Below are positions 38,079 to 52,196 of a stretch of DNA of 64,000 bases, piece by piece. The first letter of the stretch is position 1, and each line of letters starts with the position of its first letter. Under the pieces are notes generated by a model. That model was not told the DNA's origin, did not search any database, and was given only the letters and a program-made list of their open reading frames with translations. Both the position numbers and the translations under genes were made by a program. Location: positions 134,643,465-134,707,464 of the forward strand of contig NC_068981.1 in NCBI RefSeq assembly GCF_001194135.2, given 5' to 3'. The stretch comes from Octopus bimaculoides (lineage: Eukaryota).

Positions 38079-38596
38079 ATAAACATTTATAAACTTTAGT
38101 ATAACACTGTCCTTATTTACTTACCAATAAACAAAACCAGAAACATTATTACTGTTTGAGACACAAATTCTCATTCTCATCTCTTACCCATCTCTGCTGT
38201 TCAAAGTCCTTCTAAATTCCACCTCTTCTCCCCTAACATTCCTCAATCTCGGGGTCACAAACTTCTGGCTGGAATCCCATTTATACTCATGTTTTTCCTC
38301 CAAACATCTTCCTACGGAATTTCTTGGTGAACCTCAACCACATGGATCTCATCAGTTTGAAATGACTTGCAAAGATCATAGGTTTCATTCCTCCCATTTC
38401 AACTAATTAATAATCCAGACTTAAAATTTTTTAGTCCACATAAAAAAAAAGAAGATAAAGATCAGACAGTTTTTTAGTCAAAAACAGAAGTTACCTTTAA
38501 AATGATGTCACTTGTAGACTATAGGATTTCATACAACTAGCTTTTCAATGATCAGCATATTCAAATTAGCAGGTAATTATATATGTGTATTCTTAA

Positions 38597-38632
<36 letters not shown>

Positions 38633-38634
<2 letters not shown>

Positions 38635-39275
38635 AACCATTGCCCATATCATGAACGAATGCTCTAGACTTGCCAAAAACCACTACAAGTTGTGGCAATA
38701 TGATCAGGTAGCGAAAGTGCTACATTGGAAACTGTGCAGAAAGTGGGGGCTAGAGAGAGGCAAGATGATGGTATGAGCACAAACTGCAGAGAGTGGTGGA
38801 GCCAGAGACTAGCAAAATCCTCTGGGATTTCCCAATCCAAACAGATCAGGTGCTAGAGTTTAACAGGCCAGACCTAGTGGTAGTGAACAAGATGCATCAC
38901 ATATGCTATATACTTGATGTTGCATGCCCCTTTGACCCACGAATAGTCAAGAAGGAAGGCAAAAAGCTTGATAAATACAACCCTCTTAAGTACAAAATAA
39001 CTTGGCTATGGAAAATGAAGAAGGTGAAGATAGTGCCAATTATTGTTGGGTCCTTAAGAAACAGTATCAGAAGGCATCAAGGGGAATATAAAGGAAATTA
39101 GAATAGAGTACCCAGTAGAACTGTTACAAAAGTTTTGCCTCCCTGGCACAGCCACAATAATCAGGAAGGTATTAGATAACTGAAAAGAATGGATAACAGG
39201 GTACTATAGGCTGCAAGTAGCAAGCCTGCTATGCATGTAAGAGTCCAGGAGGTCCAACAAAACATGTGATAAACA
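38633..39275 (+). mobile_element. 5'-truncated R4/Dong-like non-LTR retrotransposon (restriction-like endonuclease domain)
   Basis: ETIAHIMNEC (end of a CCHC knuckle), KILWDFPIQTD, NRPDLVVV, ILDVACPFD, KLDKY, VPIIVGSL. It starts directly after (TAA)n at 38598-38632. Confidence 0.85.
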
Positions 39276-42200
39276 ATACTTGGGTGGCAAGCCTATCTAA
39301 TACCACAACCTTATCTAGAATTAATATCAGTGCAAGTATTTGAACAGAGTATCTCTTTTCTATCTTTGTACTTGCTTTTCTTACAGATGTTAAGGCTGGG
39401 CATCAGCTGCATCACTTTTAACAGTCAGAAACATTTCCCCTTCTATTAAGTTACAAAAATTAAATTAACTTCCTTTAACTGATAGATTACATCTATTTTA
39501 ACTGGGCTTTTTTTTTTTCTCTGATTTTATTTAAGACTTTATTTAGCATAATTAAAGAAAAATAGAAAATATTTACTAAAATATAAATAAATATTTGATT
39601 GTTTACATATTCTGAATTTAATATTAATCTTCTTTTCTTTATCTTCTGACACAAAATAAACAGTATTTTAAATTAAAGGGTCAACAAATGTCTCATTTTT
39701 CTGAAATCTTGTTTTTAGAGTATGTGGTTTATTCCTCTATATATAGATATATTGTAGAATATATCTATATTTAATTTTAGCATTTACATTGAGGAACAGC
39801 CATTCNNNNNNNNNNNNNNNNNNNNNNNNNNNNNNNNNNNNNNNNNNNNNNNNNNNNNNNNNNNNNNNNNNNNNNNNNNNNNNNNNNNNNNNNNNNNNNN
39901 NNNNNNNNNNNNNNNNNNNNNNNNNNNNNNNNNNNNNNNNNNNNNNNNNNNNNNNNNNNNNNNNNNNNNNNNNNNNNNNNNNNNNNNNNNNNNNNNNNNN
40001 NNNNNNNNNNNNNNNNNNNNNNNNNNNNNNNNNNNNNNNNNNNNNNNNNNNNNNNNNNNNNNNNNNNNNNNNNNNNNNNNNNNNNNNNNNNNNNNNNNNN
40101 NNNNNNNNNNNNNNNNNNNNNNNNNNNNNNNNNNNNNNNNNNNNNNNNNNNNNNNNNNNNNNNNNNNNNNNNNNNNNNNNNNNNNNNNNNNNNNNNNNNN
40201 NNNNNNNNNNNNNNNNNNNNNNNNNNNNNNNNNNNNNNNNNNNNNNNNNNNNNNNNNNNNNNNNNNNNNNNNNNNNNNNNNNNNNNNNNNNNNNNNNNNN
40301 NNNNNNNNNNNNNNNNNNNNNNNNNNNNNNNNNNNNNNNNNNNNNNNNNNNNNNNNNNNNNNNNNNNNNNNNNNNNNNNNNNNNNNNNNNNNNNNNNNNN
40401 NNNNNNNNNNNNNNNNNNNNNNNNNNNNNNNNNNNNNNNNNNNNNNNNNNNNNNNNNNNNNNNNNNNNNNNNNNNNNNNNNNNNNNNNNNNNNNNNNNNN
40501 NNNNNNNNNNNNNNNNNNNNNNNNNNNNNNNNNNNNNNNNNNNNNNNNNNNNNNNNNNNNNNNNNNNNNNNNNNNNNNNNNNNNNNNNNNNNNNNNNNNN
40601 NNNNNNNNNNNNNNNNNNNNNNGTGTAAAATATTATAACTTCTACACAAGTATATACAAAAATAAATAAAGATGGTAAAAATTTTTTTTTTAAAAACAAA
40701 CAATGCAAATGAACAACAATATGGATTTTTTTTTTCTTAATTTTATCATATTAATTAACTGAAGTCAAGTGTTTATAAGAACTCTTCAAACTAATTGCTA
40801 AATAATTTATTCAAAACAAAGGAGGTCATTCCTTTTGAGGATGTTTGGTCTTTAAAACAAACTCATTTACTCCAAACTACAAGCTGTTTAAAATTATTAG
40901 GAATTAAATTTTAATCGCTGAATTAGAATTTATTTTGATGAGTTGAAGCATACTATGATGTCAAATGTTCTCCTTTGAAAATCATTTCAAACCCATTCAT
41001 TTAAACACAAAATGTGTTATACCACTATGTAGACATGTGGATTAGAAAAAAAGGAAAACTATAAAAAAAATTATCTTTCAGTGTCTGAAAGTTGCCATGC
41101 ATGACACTAAGTGTCTATAGAAGAGTAATGCCTGCAATATAGTTTATATTCTTGACAAACCTGCATTAGTAGACATCCCTATGTATGTGTGTGTGTATAA
41201 ACATACATATATGTATTATATATATATGTTATTTGTTAGTTTAGTTCTGTGCAAGATTGGGTGAGGTATCTACTGTGAATATCATTTAGCAATTGAATAT
41301 TAAATATTCTTCCAGTACAGAATGAATATCGGTTAAAATAACTTTGTAGAATGTATTAGGGTGTTCAGAAATTAATTATGTATTTTGAGGACAAGAAAAA
41401 CAGATGACTGTTTAATTCAATTAAATACCATTAATTAATAATGTAATCATTATTACTGACTGCAGCCCAACTAGAAGTCAAAACTTTGATTCTTCATTCA
41501 AAAAATTCTGCTTTTCTTTTTTTTTTTTTTTTTTTTTTTGACAAAAATAACTTCACATATCATTTGCAATGTTTTCCTTGTTCCCTTGTGTTCTGCGACT
41601 TATGAAATGCTCAGCTGATCAAAGCAAGAGATAATCCATAGATGGTAGATCCAGTGAGTAATGGCGATGTAGAGCTTCAAATCTTAACAATCTTATTCTG
41701 TTTCTGGATTTATTTTTCCATTGTGCAAAACACCTTTCCTGTTTACCATAAATGACCACTTTTGCTATAATGTTACATTGATATAATTAAGTTGCCGGCA
41801 ATGTCTGCAATAATGGTCTTTCTTTGTCAGAACATTATAATGGACAACACTTGTGTATGTTTTATGAGACACATAGCAAGGACTCCTGTGAATGAAGCTC
41901 TGCTTTTGGTATTGGTATCGGTTTCTTATGTACTGATAACCACTATCTGTTTTTTCTTTCTCTCTCTCTTAACATGCTATATTCTATCTTTCAAGAGCTG
42001 TAATGATGTAGTTCAGAAATGAATGATTGTTATTCCTTGTTAAGAGACTACTACAGATAAGGGAATGTTGAGTCTCAAACAAGAGCTCATAAGGAAAACA
42101 AATCTTATCTTTGCATTTTTTCCAATTCAAATAAGACATTTGTGAACGGTTAAACATGACACTCTTTGTACCAAGTTTCTTTGGCATGGATCTGTCTGAT

Positions 42201-43311
42201 TCAGCTGTTTCTCTCAAAAGATTGTTGTCTAAAGTATTTCATCTTCAAGAACAAGATTCATAAGGAAGATCATTATCATTATTAATAAACTTCTGAAAGC
42301 AAGGTTGCTATTTATGAGCATTCACTGCATCAAGGTATATTCTACAAATGTTTTTCATTGCTTTAGTTGCAGCACATTTTAAAAAATTTATACAGTAGAC
42401 AACAGCGAATATATTGTTCTTTAAAGCCTTTATTTTCCATGGGATTAAACTTTATTATAGATTATAAGTAATGAACTGTCAAATAGATGATAAACTAGAT
42501 TTAACCATTGTTTTCTCTCATTTAACTATTAGTTGTTTGAATTACAAATTATAGCAATAAAATACAAAATTATTTTCTGATCACTCTGTACAATAGTTAG
42601 TTGAACTGTTCTCAAAGAAAATATTATACATTTTTTTGTATGTTTTATCTCTGCTGTTTAATATAAATACTAATTTTGTTGTTCAAATTACAATTTTAAA
42701 AAAATGCAGAATTTATAAATAAATACCGGTCTACTTCGATTATAAACAGTTCATATATTTGATTGTTTGAAGGAGGCCTTCCTAGACCAAGGAGGGAAAC
42801 TGGCTCATTTGGAGTTTAGGAGTGGAGATTGTATGTGTGATGGGGAGGGGAGAGAGATATACAACTGCATAAGCAATCTCTGATAAAGAGCATATTTAGC
42901 ATATTACAGCTCTTTAGTAGTTGAGAATCAGCTTGTCCTCATTCCATCATATATTACACCTCTCTCCTCCACAGCATGCCTGTAGTAATACTTCCTCTCA
43001 AGAATAGCAAACATTGATATGAAACATTGTCCTATCATCGTTCTCAGCATTATCATCACCACTACCACCACCATGATCATCATCATCATCAAAATACCTT
43101 GGACTATTACATTTCCAGAAGCTACTTTGATATTCTTTGCTTATATGTATTGCATCTAAAATGATTTGTTTCTCCTACAGTGCATTAACAATCATAAATC
43201 AACTTCAACAAAGTTACATTAATTTTTGAATAAATCGTCATTATCTCTTAAAAGGTATTCTACAAAGTAATGAAAATTTCATGAACTTAGAAAAAAATCA
43301 ATATCTCTCTG

Positions 43312-43342
<31 letters not shown>

Positions 43343-43657
43343 NNNNNNNNNNNNNNNNNNNNNNNNNNNNNNNNNNNNNNNNNNNNNNNNNNNNNNNNNN
43401 NNNNNNNNNNNNNNNNNNNNNNNNNNNNNNNNNNNNNNNNGTGTGTGTGTGTGTGTGTGTGTGTTTGTGTATTGTTGGGCAGTATATTACTGGTTATGAC
43501 ATATAACTGGTTAGAATGTCATCATCAGTTTCATGATGACTATTGCACACAACAATATTAACAATTTCTTCAGGCATGGTGGCCAGAAGTGTTTCTGTTT
43601 TATGAGTGAATGTAATGGAAGGAAACTATCAGAAGCCTGTTGTGTGTGTGTGTGTGT

Positions 43658-43688
<31 letters not shown>

Positions 43689-44364
43689 GATATGTATTTG
43701 CATGCCTGTATATGTCCCTCGCCACTTGACAACTGGTGTAAGTTTGTTTATATCTCCATAACTTAGCAGTTCAGCTAAAAGAACCCTAGAGAATAAGCAA
43801 CTGTGTTAAAAATACTGATACTTGGGTCAGTATCATTATGCCTCTTGCACTGGTGTCCCTCTCCAGATTTGTCATTTATTCAAAAGCACAGTACAGAACT
43901 ATTGTTTATAGGCAAAGGAAAGCAATAAATAGAACTGATGCATTCTACCAATGAACCACTTCTCATGCCCTGACACAGATAACTCTAAGAGAAAGGGAAA
44001 TAAACAAACAATAAAGTCTTTTAATACAAACTTATTTATATCCCTCTTGAAAAGCTGCAACTTGATGGCTGCAGGAAAAACATGAGCAGGGCAGAAATTA
44101 ATAAAGTAGCAATGGCTTTTAGAAAGAGGAAACTGAATTATAGGTATATGATAAAGTGAGTCTCTTGTGCATCTGCAGCTCTAACTCTGCTTAATCACCA
44201 CCAATATTGTTTCTTTCAATGCTAATCAGCAAGCTCTAGTTTCACAGTGATACTACATCATTTGTTTTTTAATCTCTAATGTTAAACCTACAAAAATTGC
44301 TACAGAATTAAATCTATTTTGATATCATTTCAGTCTGTTCTTTAATACACAAAAAAATGTGCTT

Positions 44365-44596
44365 TTAACCCTTTAGCATTTGAACCAGCCATATCTGGCC
44401 AAAATATTCTATCTATTTTATGTTCATACTTGCCAAATCTAATTTTTTTAACACCTACCCTACAATATCATTCTAAAAGATTAACAGTTACCTCATCAAA
44501 ATTTCACAGTTACAAGATAATGCGTGATTAATTTGAAAACAATGTGAATAAATAAGCATTACTTTTGACAGAATAATGTGAATGCTAAAGGGTTAA
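44365..44596. mobile_element. TTAA-flanked (piggyBac-type) MITE, family A
   Basis: TTAA-CCCTTTAGCATT ... AATGCTAAAGGG-TTAA. Other copies at 864-1091, 20530-20735 and 29818-30023. Confidence 0.8.
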
Positions 44597-45197
44597 AGTG
44601 AAAGTACGGTCACAACTAGACTTAATAAGAAAAGGTACATATATAGAATTCCCAAAATATTAATGTAGACACAGGAATTTTAAAATAGGAATGTTTGGAA
44701 ATATTATGGTATCAGTAATATAACAATTATTAGTTTTATGGGCAAAATTTAATAATTAAGGGCATCAAGAGAAATGTTTCACTCTGTTAATTAGACAAGC
44801 TTATGTTAAACTATAATATAATAAAACCAGATATCCCCAAAGGCTGATTGATAAAGGTAAATAAAACTGCTATAGAACTGCTTTATTGCTCTTGTAGAAA
44901 CATTGGCAAACATGAACAGTTTTAGTATTTTGCTAGTGGCTTTATTAGAAGTGCATAAAGGAAAAATAAATTATCCCTTCCCTCTTACCATAACAAAATT
45001 TTTTTCTCTACAGTAACTGCTGTGAATTTGTTTTTAAATGTGTAACAAACATATTTTAGCTAAACTAAAGTTCATCTCCCCTAGTTATTTCAAGAAAAAA
45101 AAAAAGAGTGGAAAACAAAAGGCATACAGTATTTTTTATATAGTTTACGAAGATATTTCATTTGTTTTTCTTTAATCATGTACAGAACTTATTATTG

Positions 45198-45234
<37 letters not shown>

Positions 45235-45375
45235 NNNNNNNNNNNNNNNNNNNNNNNNNNNNNNNNNNNNNNNNNNNNNNNNNNNNNNNNNNNNNNNNNN
45301 NNNNNNNNNNNNNNNNNNNNNNNNNNNNNNNNNNNNNNNNNNNNNNNNNNNNNNNNNNNNNNNNNNNNNNNNNNN

Positions 45376-45510
45376 TACACCAGGCACATGCATCACAACC
45401 ATATGTGCGCGACATGGTGATCTCATATCAAGATAAACAGCGCATGACCTCGCAGTTGGGGCCCAGTTAGAATTTTCTTCAGGTCGAGTAGCCCACCCCG
45501 CTCAAAAGGT
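45376..45510 (-). mobile_element. Young retroelement 3' fragment embedded in (TTA)n, probably Dong/R4-like
   Basis: CpG-rich 135-bp island flanked on both sides by TTA repeats. The family assignment is inferred. Confidence 0.5.
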
Positions 45511-47329
45511 CTTATTATTTTTATTATTATTATTATTAATTGTAATAATAATAATATCATTATTATTAATATTATCATTATCATTAGAAAATTTTAGAAT
45601 TTTCATAGTATATTAAAATTTCTATACACTGGTTTTCTCTCTTTTCATAGACTTCTCTAATTCTTTCATACCATGTTCTAAATTCTTCTTTTTCTTCCAA
45701 TGCATTCCACTGGAACTTCATTCTTTTAATATTTTCCTGCCATAAACTAATCTTAAACGGTTTTAAAATTAACAGCTGTGGCCTAATTCATTTATTCTTA
45801 TGATTTGGCATGGTTTTCTACGGAAGGGCATCCAGCTGTAGAAAACCATATCAGATCAGACTGGAGTCTGGTGCAGCCTTCCAGCTTACCAGTCCTGGTC
45901 AAATCGTCCATCTCATGCTAGCATGGACAACGGATATTAAGTGATGATGATAATCCATATTAGAAGAGCCTAAAAAGTATAAAGATTCTATTCTTCAGCT
46001 GCTAACAAGGAAACTGTGATTTATAAACATATTCTATCTATTACTTATTTCGTAACTTTATTTTATAGTTATTTCCATTTTTCCTAAAATTATGTCACAG
46101 TTTACAGAAAAAAATCTGAATAATCATCTAAATTTGTTTTTGCCATCATCAACTTTGTCTTCTTGTGTTAAAATCAGTCAATATCTCTTCAAAATTCATT
46201 TGTGAATGTTGTAGATTGCCAAAACATCTGAGATTCTAATCCTGAGTTTTCAAGAGTTAAGTACCACTGCCGAAATGTGTGCAATTACTGAAATTAAAAT
46301 GTCATGTCCAATAAATTTTTACTAAAATTATTCTCTATGCTTTCTTTTTCTGAGTATTTTGATGAACCTTTATTTTACATCAATCTAAAGATTCACATAT
46401 GATTTAAGTGAATTTCGTAAACTTCATGCCATGTCTTCAAATTTAAATCTTCTTTTATTGAAATATCATTTTTGAGAACAGTTTGCTTTTTAAGCAGGGA
46501 TTTAAATTGAATATTTGTATCAGCATTTCATCATTTGTTGTTTTCTCGAATGATTTTATTCATTTTAATATGAAATTCAACATTTTAGCAGGCTCTGATT
46601 AATGAAAAATGTTATGGGAGTACTATTTAATTTAACTCTTGTTAAATTCAACCATCAGAAAATCAAAACTTTTTCAATTTTTTATATTTATTTTTATTAT
46701 TCATCACAAATATTATTTTTCAAAACTTTACCCAGAAAACTGCTTGAAAATGTATTGCACAAAAACTACCAATATTTACTATAAATTTTAAGAAAATACT
46801 GTATGAATTACTGGTAATTCGACAGTATTGTTCTACTTATCTTTTCTTTCTTACCCTTTTTTTTTAATATTTCTAATGCTGATTTTGGAAATAGTTTGTA
46901 ATCATAAAACATTAGTACTTCTTCTTACTAGATTTGATTATAGTATTTTGTTTTAGCAATATAAATAATTTTTAACAATCCAAATAAATTTTTTTAAATA
47001 GTGATTTCAAAATCACAAGCAGGATTAACAACATCAGCAGTACAAGTTAACTAAGGAATTGCTATTTACTTATAAAACCTTATTTCGAAAAATTTAGCTA
47101 CACTTTTAACATGTTTATTGCATATTTTACCTCGTAGATTTTAGTTCAGTAAACTGCTTTAAAGACTACAATGACTAAGATTTTGAATGTCATCTTCATG
47201 CAATAAAAGGTAATTAGTTACAACAGAAAATTCAGTCATTTGGTCTGTAAAGTAGGTGTACCTATGCAGAACTAACCATGCTTATTTGACAAGAATATTG
47301 ATTTCTAACATTGTTTAATGAGAATACTA

Positions 47330-47610
47330 TCGTTGCCAGTGCCCCCTGACTGGCTCCCATGCCAGTGGCGCATAAAAAGCACAATTCAAGCATGGCCAAT
47401 GCCAGTACCGCCTGACTGACCCTCATGCCAGTGGCACATAAAAAGCACCCACTACACTCTCAGAGTGATTGGTGTTAGGAAGGGCATCCACTGTAGAAAC
47501 CTTGCCAGATTGGAGCCTGGTACAGCCTTCTGACTTGCCAGTCCTCAGTCAAACCGTCCAACCCATGCCAACATGGAAAGCGGACATTAAACGATGATGA
47601 TGATGATGAT
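47330..47610 (+). mobile_element. Short RTE-tail repeat
   Basis: ttaggaagggcatcc...catggaaagcggacattaaacgatgatg. Other copies at about 4640-4860(+), 9465-9609(-), 26695-26870(-), 45810-45952(+). Confidence 0.8.
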
Positions 47611-50089
47611 GTTGATGACTATCAACAACAACAGCAACCCTTCAATTCTAGAAGGAGCCTCTACATGGTTGCTTGCCTGCTAGAAATAGTATCCAAATCT
47701 TTCAAATTACACCTGACTTAAAATAAGAACAAAAAATATTAGATGCAGTCCTACATAACCCTAAAAATGATAGTATGAGCCAGCCACAAACAGGGTTTTA
47801 AATAAGCACTAATCACTTTAATAACCAGATTCACCATCATTTTTCTCCACTCTATATTGAAGGGCAAATGCCAGAAACACATTCCATTCCTCACCACAAT
47901 GAACTGTTTGATATTCTATGAACTTAGATTAATTGTTGCCAACACAAACTTTTCTTAATTTTTTCAGATTCTAGACTTTACATTGAGTAATGTACAGGCT
48001 GAAAGACCAATGGTTCTTATCTTCTCATCTGTGCAACATTATATCCATAGTCAAAACATTTTATTCCTAATAGCTGAGTCCATTAACCCTCTCAGACCTG
48101 GGCCTCTGTGTCTAACTTTCACCTCCGCCTGGCCTCTTGAACAAAAAAAAAAATTAAAAATAGTTGCTATACAGTTCAAGAGTAATGATTGCAGGCAAAC
48201 TAATGGGCAGAATCAGCTGCATCTTCTTTTTCTGTGTGTTGTTTATTACTGCTTCACTGGGAATCTGGCAGAGATGATGTTTAACCCATTCCCTCTAAAG
48301 TCGAAATATGGCATTACAGAATTAAGCTCTAAGTAGGTTATGCCAATTCTTGCCAAATGACCCATTGGGTTGCAGTGCTGAGTCTAATTCTTCCTGTTGC
48401 ATAAGCTACTGGCTTATGTCAATATCATAAACTGTAGGATATTTATCTTTCATCTGCTTAACACTATAAACACTGTCCACAAATATCAGTTCCATGAATC
48501 ATTTTAATTTAAAAAAGGAACTTTGGATATTGGAGTCACTACAAACACTAGAACAAGTCTAATTAATTAAACAAACAAGAAAGTATGTAAAAATCTCAGT
48601 TGCTATAAGTATTACCTGTTGTTCAATTAGCTGCTTGTCAAACTCTGCTTGATCAAAGCTAATTGAGGCTAAATGACTGGCCAATCAATTGTTATTATTC
48701 AGTGACACACATTTGTAGCCAAGACACTGGCTCTTTTGGTTTTGTTTGTATCACATTTCTGCCTTATGTAAATGAGTCATGCTAAGCACAATAGTATTTA
48801 CATTTTAAATAGCAGCTCTCCATGTCAAACATTCGCCACCTTAGGAATCATTGTTAATCAATTCCAGAGAAATTGAAAAGACTGAAAACCCCTTGAGTTC
48901 AATTCTCATTCCAAGCAACCAAAAAGGAAAATTCTATGGTTTAATTATGGGGGCCTAATTTCATAGTGAGATTAAATACACAAAGATATGACTCCTTATA
49001 TTCAATATAATTTCATCCATTACAGCTTCTTCTTCAGTAGTTAGAGACCTTGTAGATCAAAAAGATTAAATATCCTGCTATGTTATGAAAAGCTTCTGAA
49101 TTCAAGAGATTCAATATTTAAAAGGTTTTATATTCCAAAGATTCAAACTAACTCAACAGACCATGTGGAAATAATTTAACTTGTAGAAAACACTTTATAT
49201 TTTGTTGTTGCATTTTAGCCCTAGATTAGTCCATATTGAACAGGCCTATAATCATAAGAACTCTAGTTCTAATCATACTTTCTTTTGAAATATACATCAT
49301 TCCAACCTGTTCTTCTCTTTTCTAATTTATTTTTTAAACTGATTGGATGTGATATTGAGGGAAATTTGGTTGCTATTTCTAGCAAGCTGAGTGATCATGT
49401 AATGACTCGCTGATTGTTTATGTTGCTTACTCCTGATCAACCTTGATAAAACAGACCCATAACAAAAACATTATGGCCATGACCATCCCATTTTGTTCTC
49501 CAGGACTTGGTCGTCCCCATGTGATGAGGTAGAAATTCCCTCAATGTTGTTATCAGTATTCCAAGACTCTCTCAATGTTGCTATTGGTAATCCTTGATTA
49601 TTTTGCACTCCAACACTCCAACAACAAGCTGCAAGGTCACAAATATTTGCCCTTCTAAACAGAATTGTTTTTATATAATATGTTACATCAATGATAATGG
49701 TGAAGGTGACTATAAGTTCCTGATATACAGCTAACCTTGAACTACTTTTCTTTCTCTAAACACACAAATATTGATCATTTTCAAATCTAAAACTGTCTTG
49801 TATGCTTTTTATAAAGCAAAATAAACCAGAGAAGTGATTCTGGAAACTCCTACAGTGTTGAGTTTCATTGCTTGCATAACAAACAATTGATTTTTTTTTT
49901 TTTAATAATCAATCTTGAATAAATGGAAGATTTACACTTTTCCTCAGAGACCTATCTAATTCTGTTGGTGTTATTTCTTCAACATTCAGAAGGTTTTGAT
50001 TTCTTTTTTTCTTTAACTCTGTTATTCGTTGCAAAATCTGTCTTGTATCCCTAGTGTGCTTGTGAAATAGCTTTCATTATCATTTAAAC

Positions 50090-50782
50090 CAGTGGTTCTC
50101 AACCAGGGTCTCTATAGCCCTTGGGGTTCCGTATGGCCCTCAGGGGTCCATATAAGACTTTGTTGTTAAAATTTATCTGCAATAAATTGGTCATACTGTT
50201 ACAATAGGCACAGGAGTGGCTGTGTAGTAAGAAGCTTGCTTCCCAACCACATGGTTCCGGGTTCAGTCCCACTGCGTGGCACTTTGGATAAGTGTCTACT
50301 ACAGCCATGGGCTGACCAAAGCCTTGTGAGTGGATTTGGTAGGCGGAAACTGAAAGAAGCCCATCGTATATATATGTATATATAGTTATGTGTGTGTCTT
50401 TGTCTGTGTTTGTGTCCCACCCCCCACCCCATCACTGCTTGACAACCAGTGTTGGTCTGTTTACATCCCTGTAACTTAGCAGTTGAGCAAAACAGACTGA
50501 TAAAATAAGTACCAGGCTTAAAAAAAGATTTAGTACTAGGGTCAATTCATTCAACTAAAAATTCAAGGTAGTACCCCAGCATGGCCACAGTCTAATGACT
50601 GAAACAAATAAAAGATAAAGATAAATACACAAAATATTTTAACAATTTCTTTTATACAATTCCCAGTAATATTTAATTATGAAAATATATAATTTTTGAA
50701 AACATTGAATGGCTAGGGGGATCCATCTAAGTAAACTAGGCATCAAAGATGTCCTTCGGTAAAAAATAGTTAAGAAACACTG
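50090..50782. mobile_element. hAT-type MITE with a nested SINE
   Basis: TIRs CAGTGGTTCTCAAC / GTTAAGAAACACTG and an 8-bp TSD atttaaac / atttaaag (7 of 8 match). Confidence 0.75.
50207..50622 (+). mobile_element. Best-preserved copy of the dominant tRNA-derived SINE family
   Basis: Pol III-like head (ggagtggctgtgtagtaag...gggttcagtccc), CORE-like segment, internal (TA)/(TG) tract, tail ending gaaacaaataaaag. Confidence 0.85.
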
Positions 50783-51479
50783 ATTTAAAGATAGTCTATA
50801 GTAAATACAAAAACATTGTAGCCTAATCTCTCTATATTGTTTTTTAGTTATAACTACATTTGATATCATATTGAAAAGGTTCGGTTTAGTTTCTTTTAAC
50901 CCTTTACCTGTCCTGTGTATCACGTGATAAATGAGACATATTTCTCTGGTGTTCATGCATCATATATAATACACATTCCCAATTTTGTTTTTCCGCCATC
51001 AGAGTAACTTGGAGGGAAAGATTTATATTGCACAGGCCAGACTAAAAGTTCAAAAGCAAGCATGGACATTAAGGGCAAACTTATGAAAATGCATTGTATA
51101 ATCAAAGAGTTAAGTTTTTACATTACTAATCAGTTTTTTTTTAACCAAAAAAATGGAAATACATAAGATGATGAGGTTGATGCTGATGCTGAAAAATATA
51201 ATGAGATTTAATGGTTTGATGATGTTAGTCGTTATTATTAATGTTCAAAATTATTATTGGCTACCTGACTTCTTAAAGAGGTACTACATTGCTCTATCAC
51301 AAAATTCAAAAGAGTCTTTATAGCATTATTTAACAGCTCAGTGTTGAGTAGAAAAAAAAACCCATCGTCCTCATCATCATCACCATTGTTCTTACATCTA
51401 CTTTCCATGCTGGCATGGGTTGGAAGGATCACAATAGTCTAAGTCAGTATAGTGACTCCTAATAAGAACTGACTTAGAC

Positions 51480-52196
51480 TGCGATGACCCTTCCAACTCA
51501 TGCCAGGATGGAAAGTAGATTTAAAAACAGTGGTGATGATGATGATGATGATGATGATAGGATTGATGGGTGGAGGTGACCAATGACACATGGGGGTGAA
51601 GAGCAGTAAAACAGTAAAGAGGATGCAATAGACAGGGAAAGAGAGAGAGAGGCAGCATAATGCTTTGGAAGAGTAGGAGGTGTATGGTGGTGAAGAAGGA
51701 GAGATAATTTGGTGGCTTAAGGGTATGATCAATGTAAAATATGAGTGGAGGACAGTATTGTGGATAAGGGATGTGTACCAAGTGTAATGATTCTGGATAG
51801 TAAGAAAGATTAGTGGTATCAAGGAAGAGCTAGGGTTAGAGAGTGAAGGAAATTGGGTGAAGGACCCTGTTGTGCATATACATACCCATACATTGCTTTC
51901 AGAACTTAATTTCATCAAGTTGGATAGGTCTCTTCAAGAACTGCATGTTGCCAGTCATCTCAGTCCCTTGTCATCTTCTCCATGAGGTTCAAGGTTCTGT
52001 GATCAACCTTCCCCACTATGTCACATGTCTTTCTGGGGCTCCTTCTTCTCTAAGCTTCAACCATATTAAGTGATCAGCATTTCTTTATACAGCTGTTCTC
52101 ATCCACAAGCATCACATGTCCATACCAGCACCATCTTCTTTCTTACACGCCACATTTGATTCCTCTTCTGCCTAGTTTTTCTCTCAACCTATTTGT
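51480..52196 (-). mobile_element. 5'-truncated RTE LINE (C-terminus and 3' UTR)
   Basis: LREKLGRRGIKCGV*ERRWCWYGHVM homologous to 55924-56154, with a purine-rich UTR and (GAT)n. Confidence 0.75.

Noticed and set aside
47968-48336. Acceptor followed by a 123-codon phase-0 open frame
   Set aside because: Non-protein-like composition with an A run, and no phase-compatible donor.
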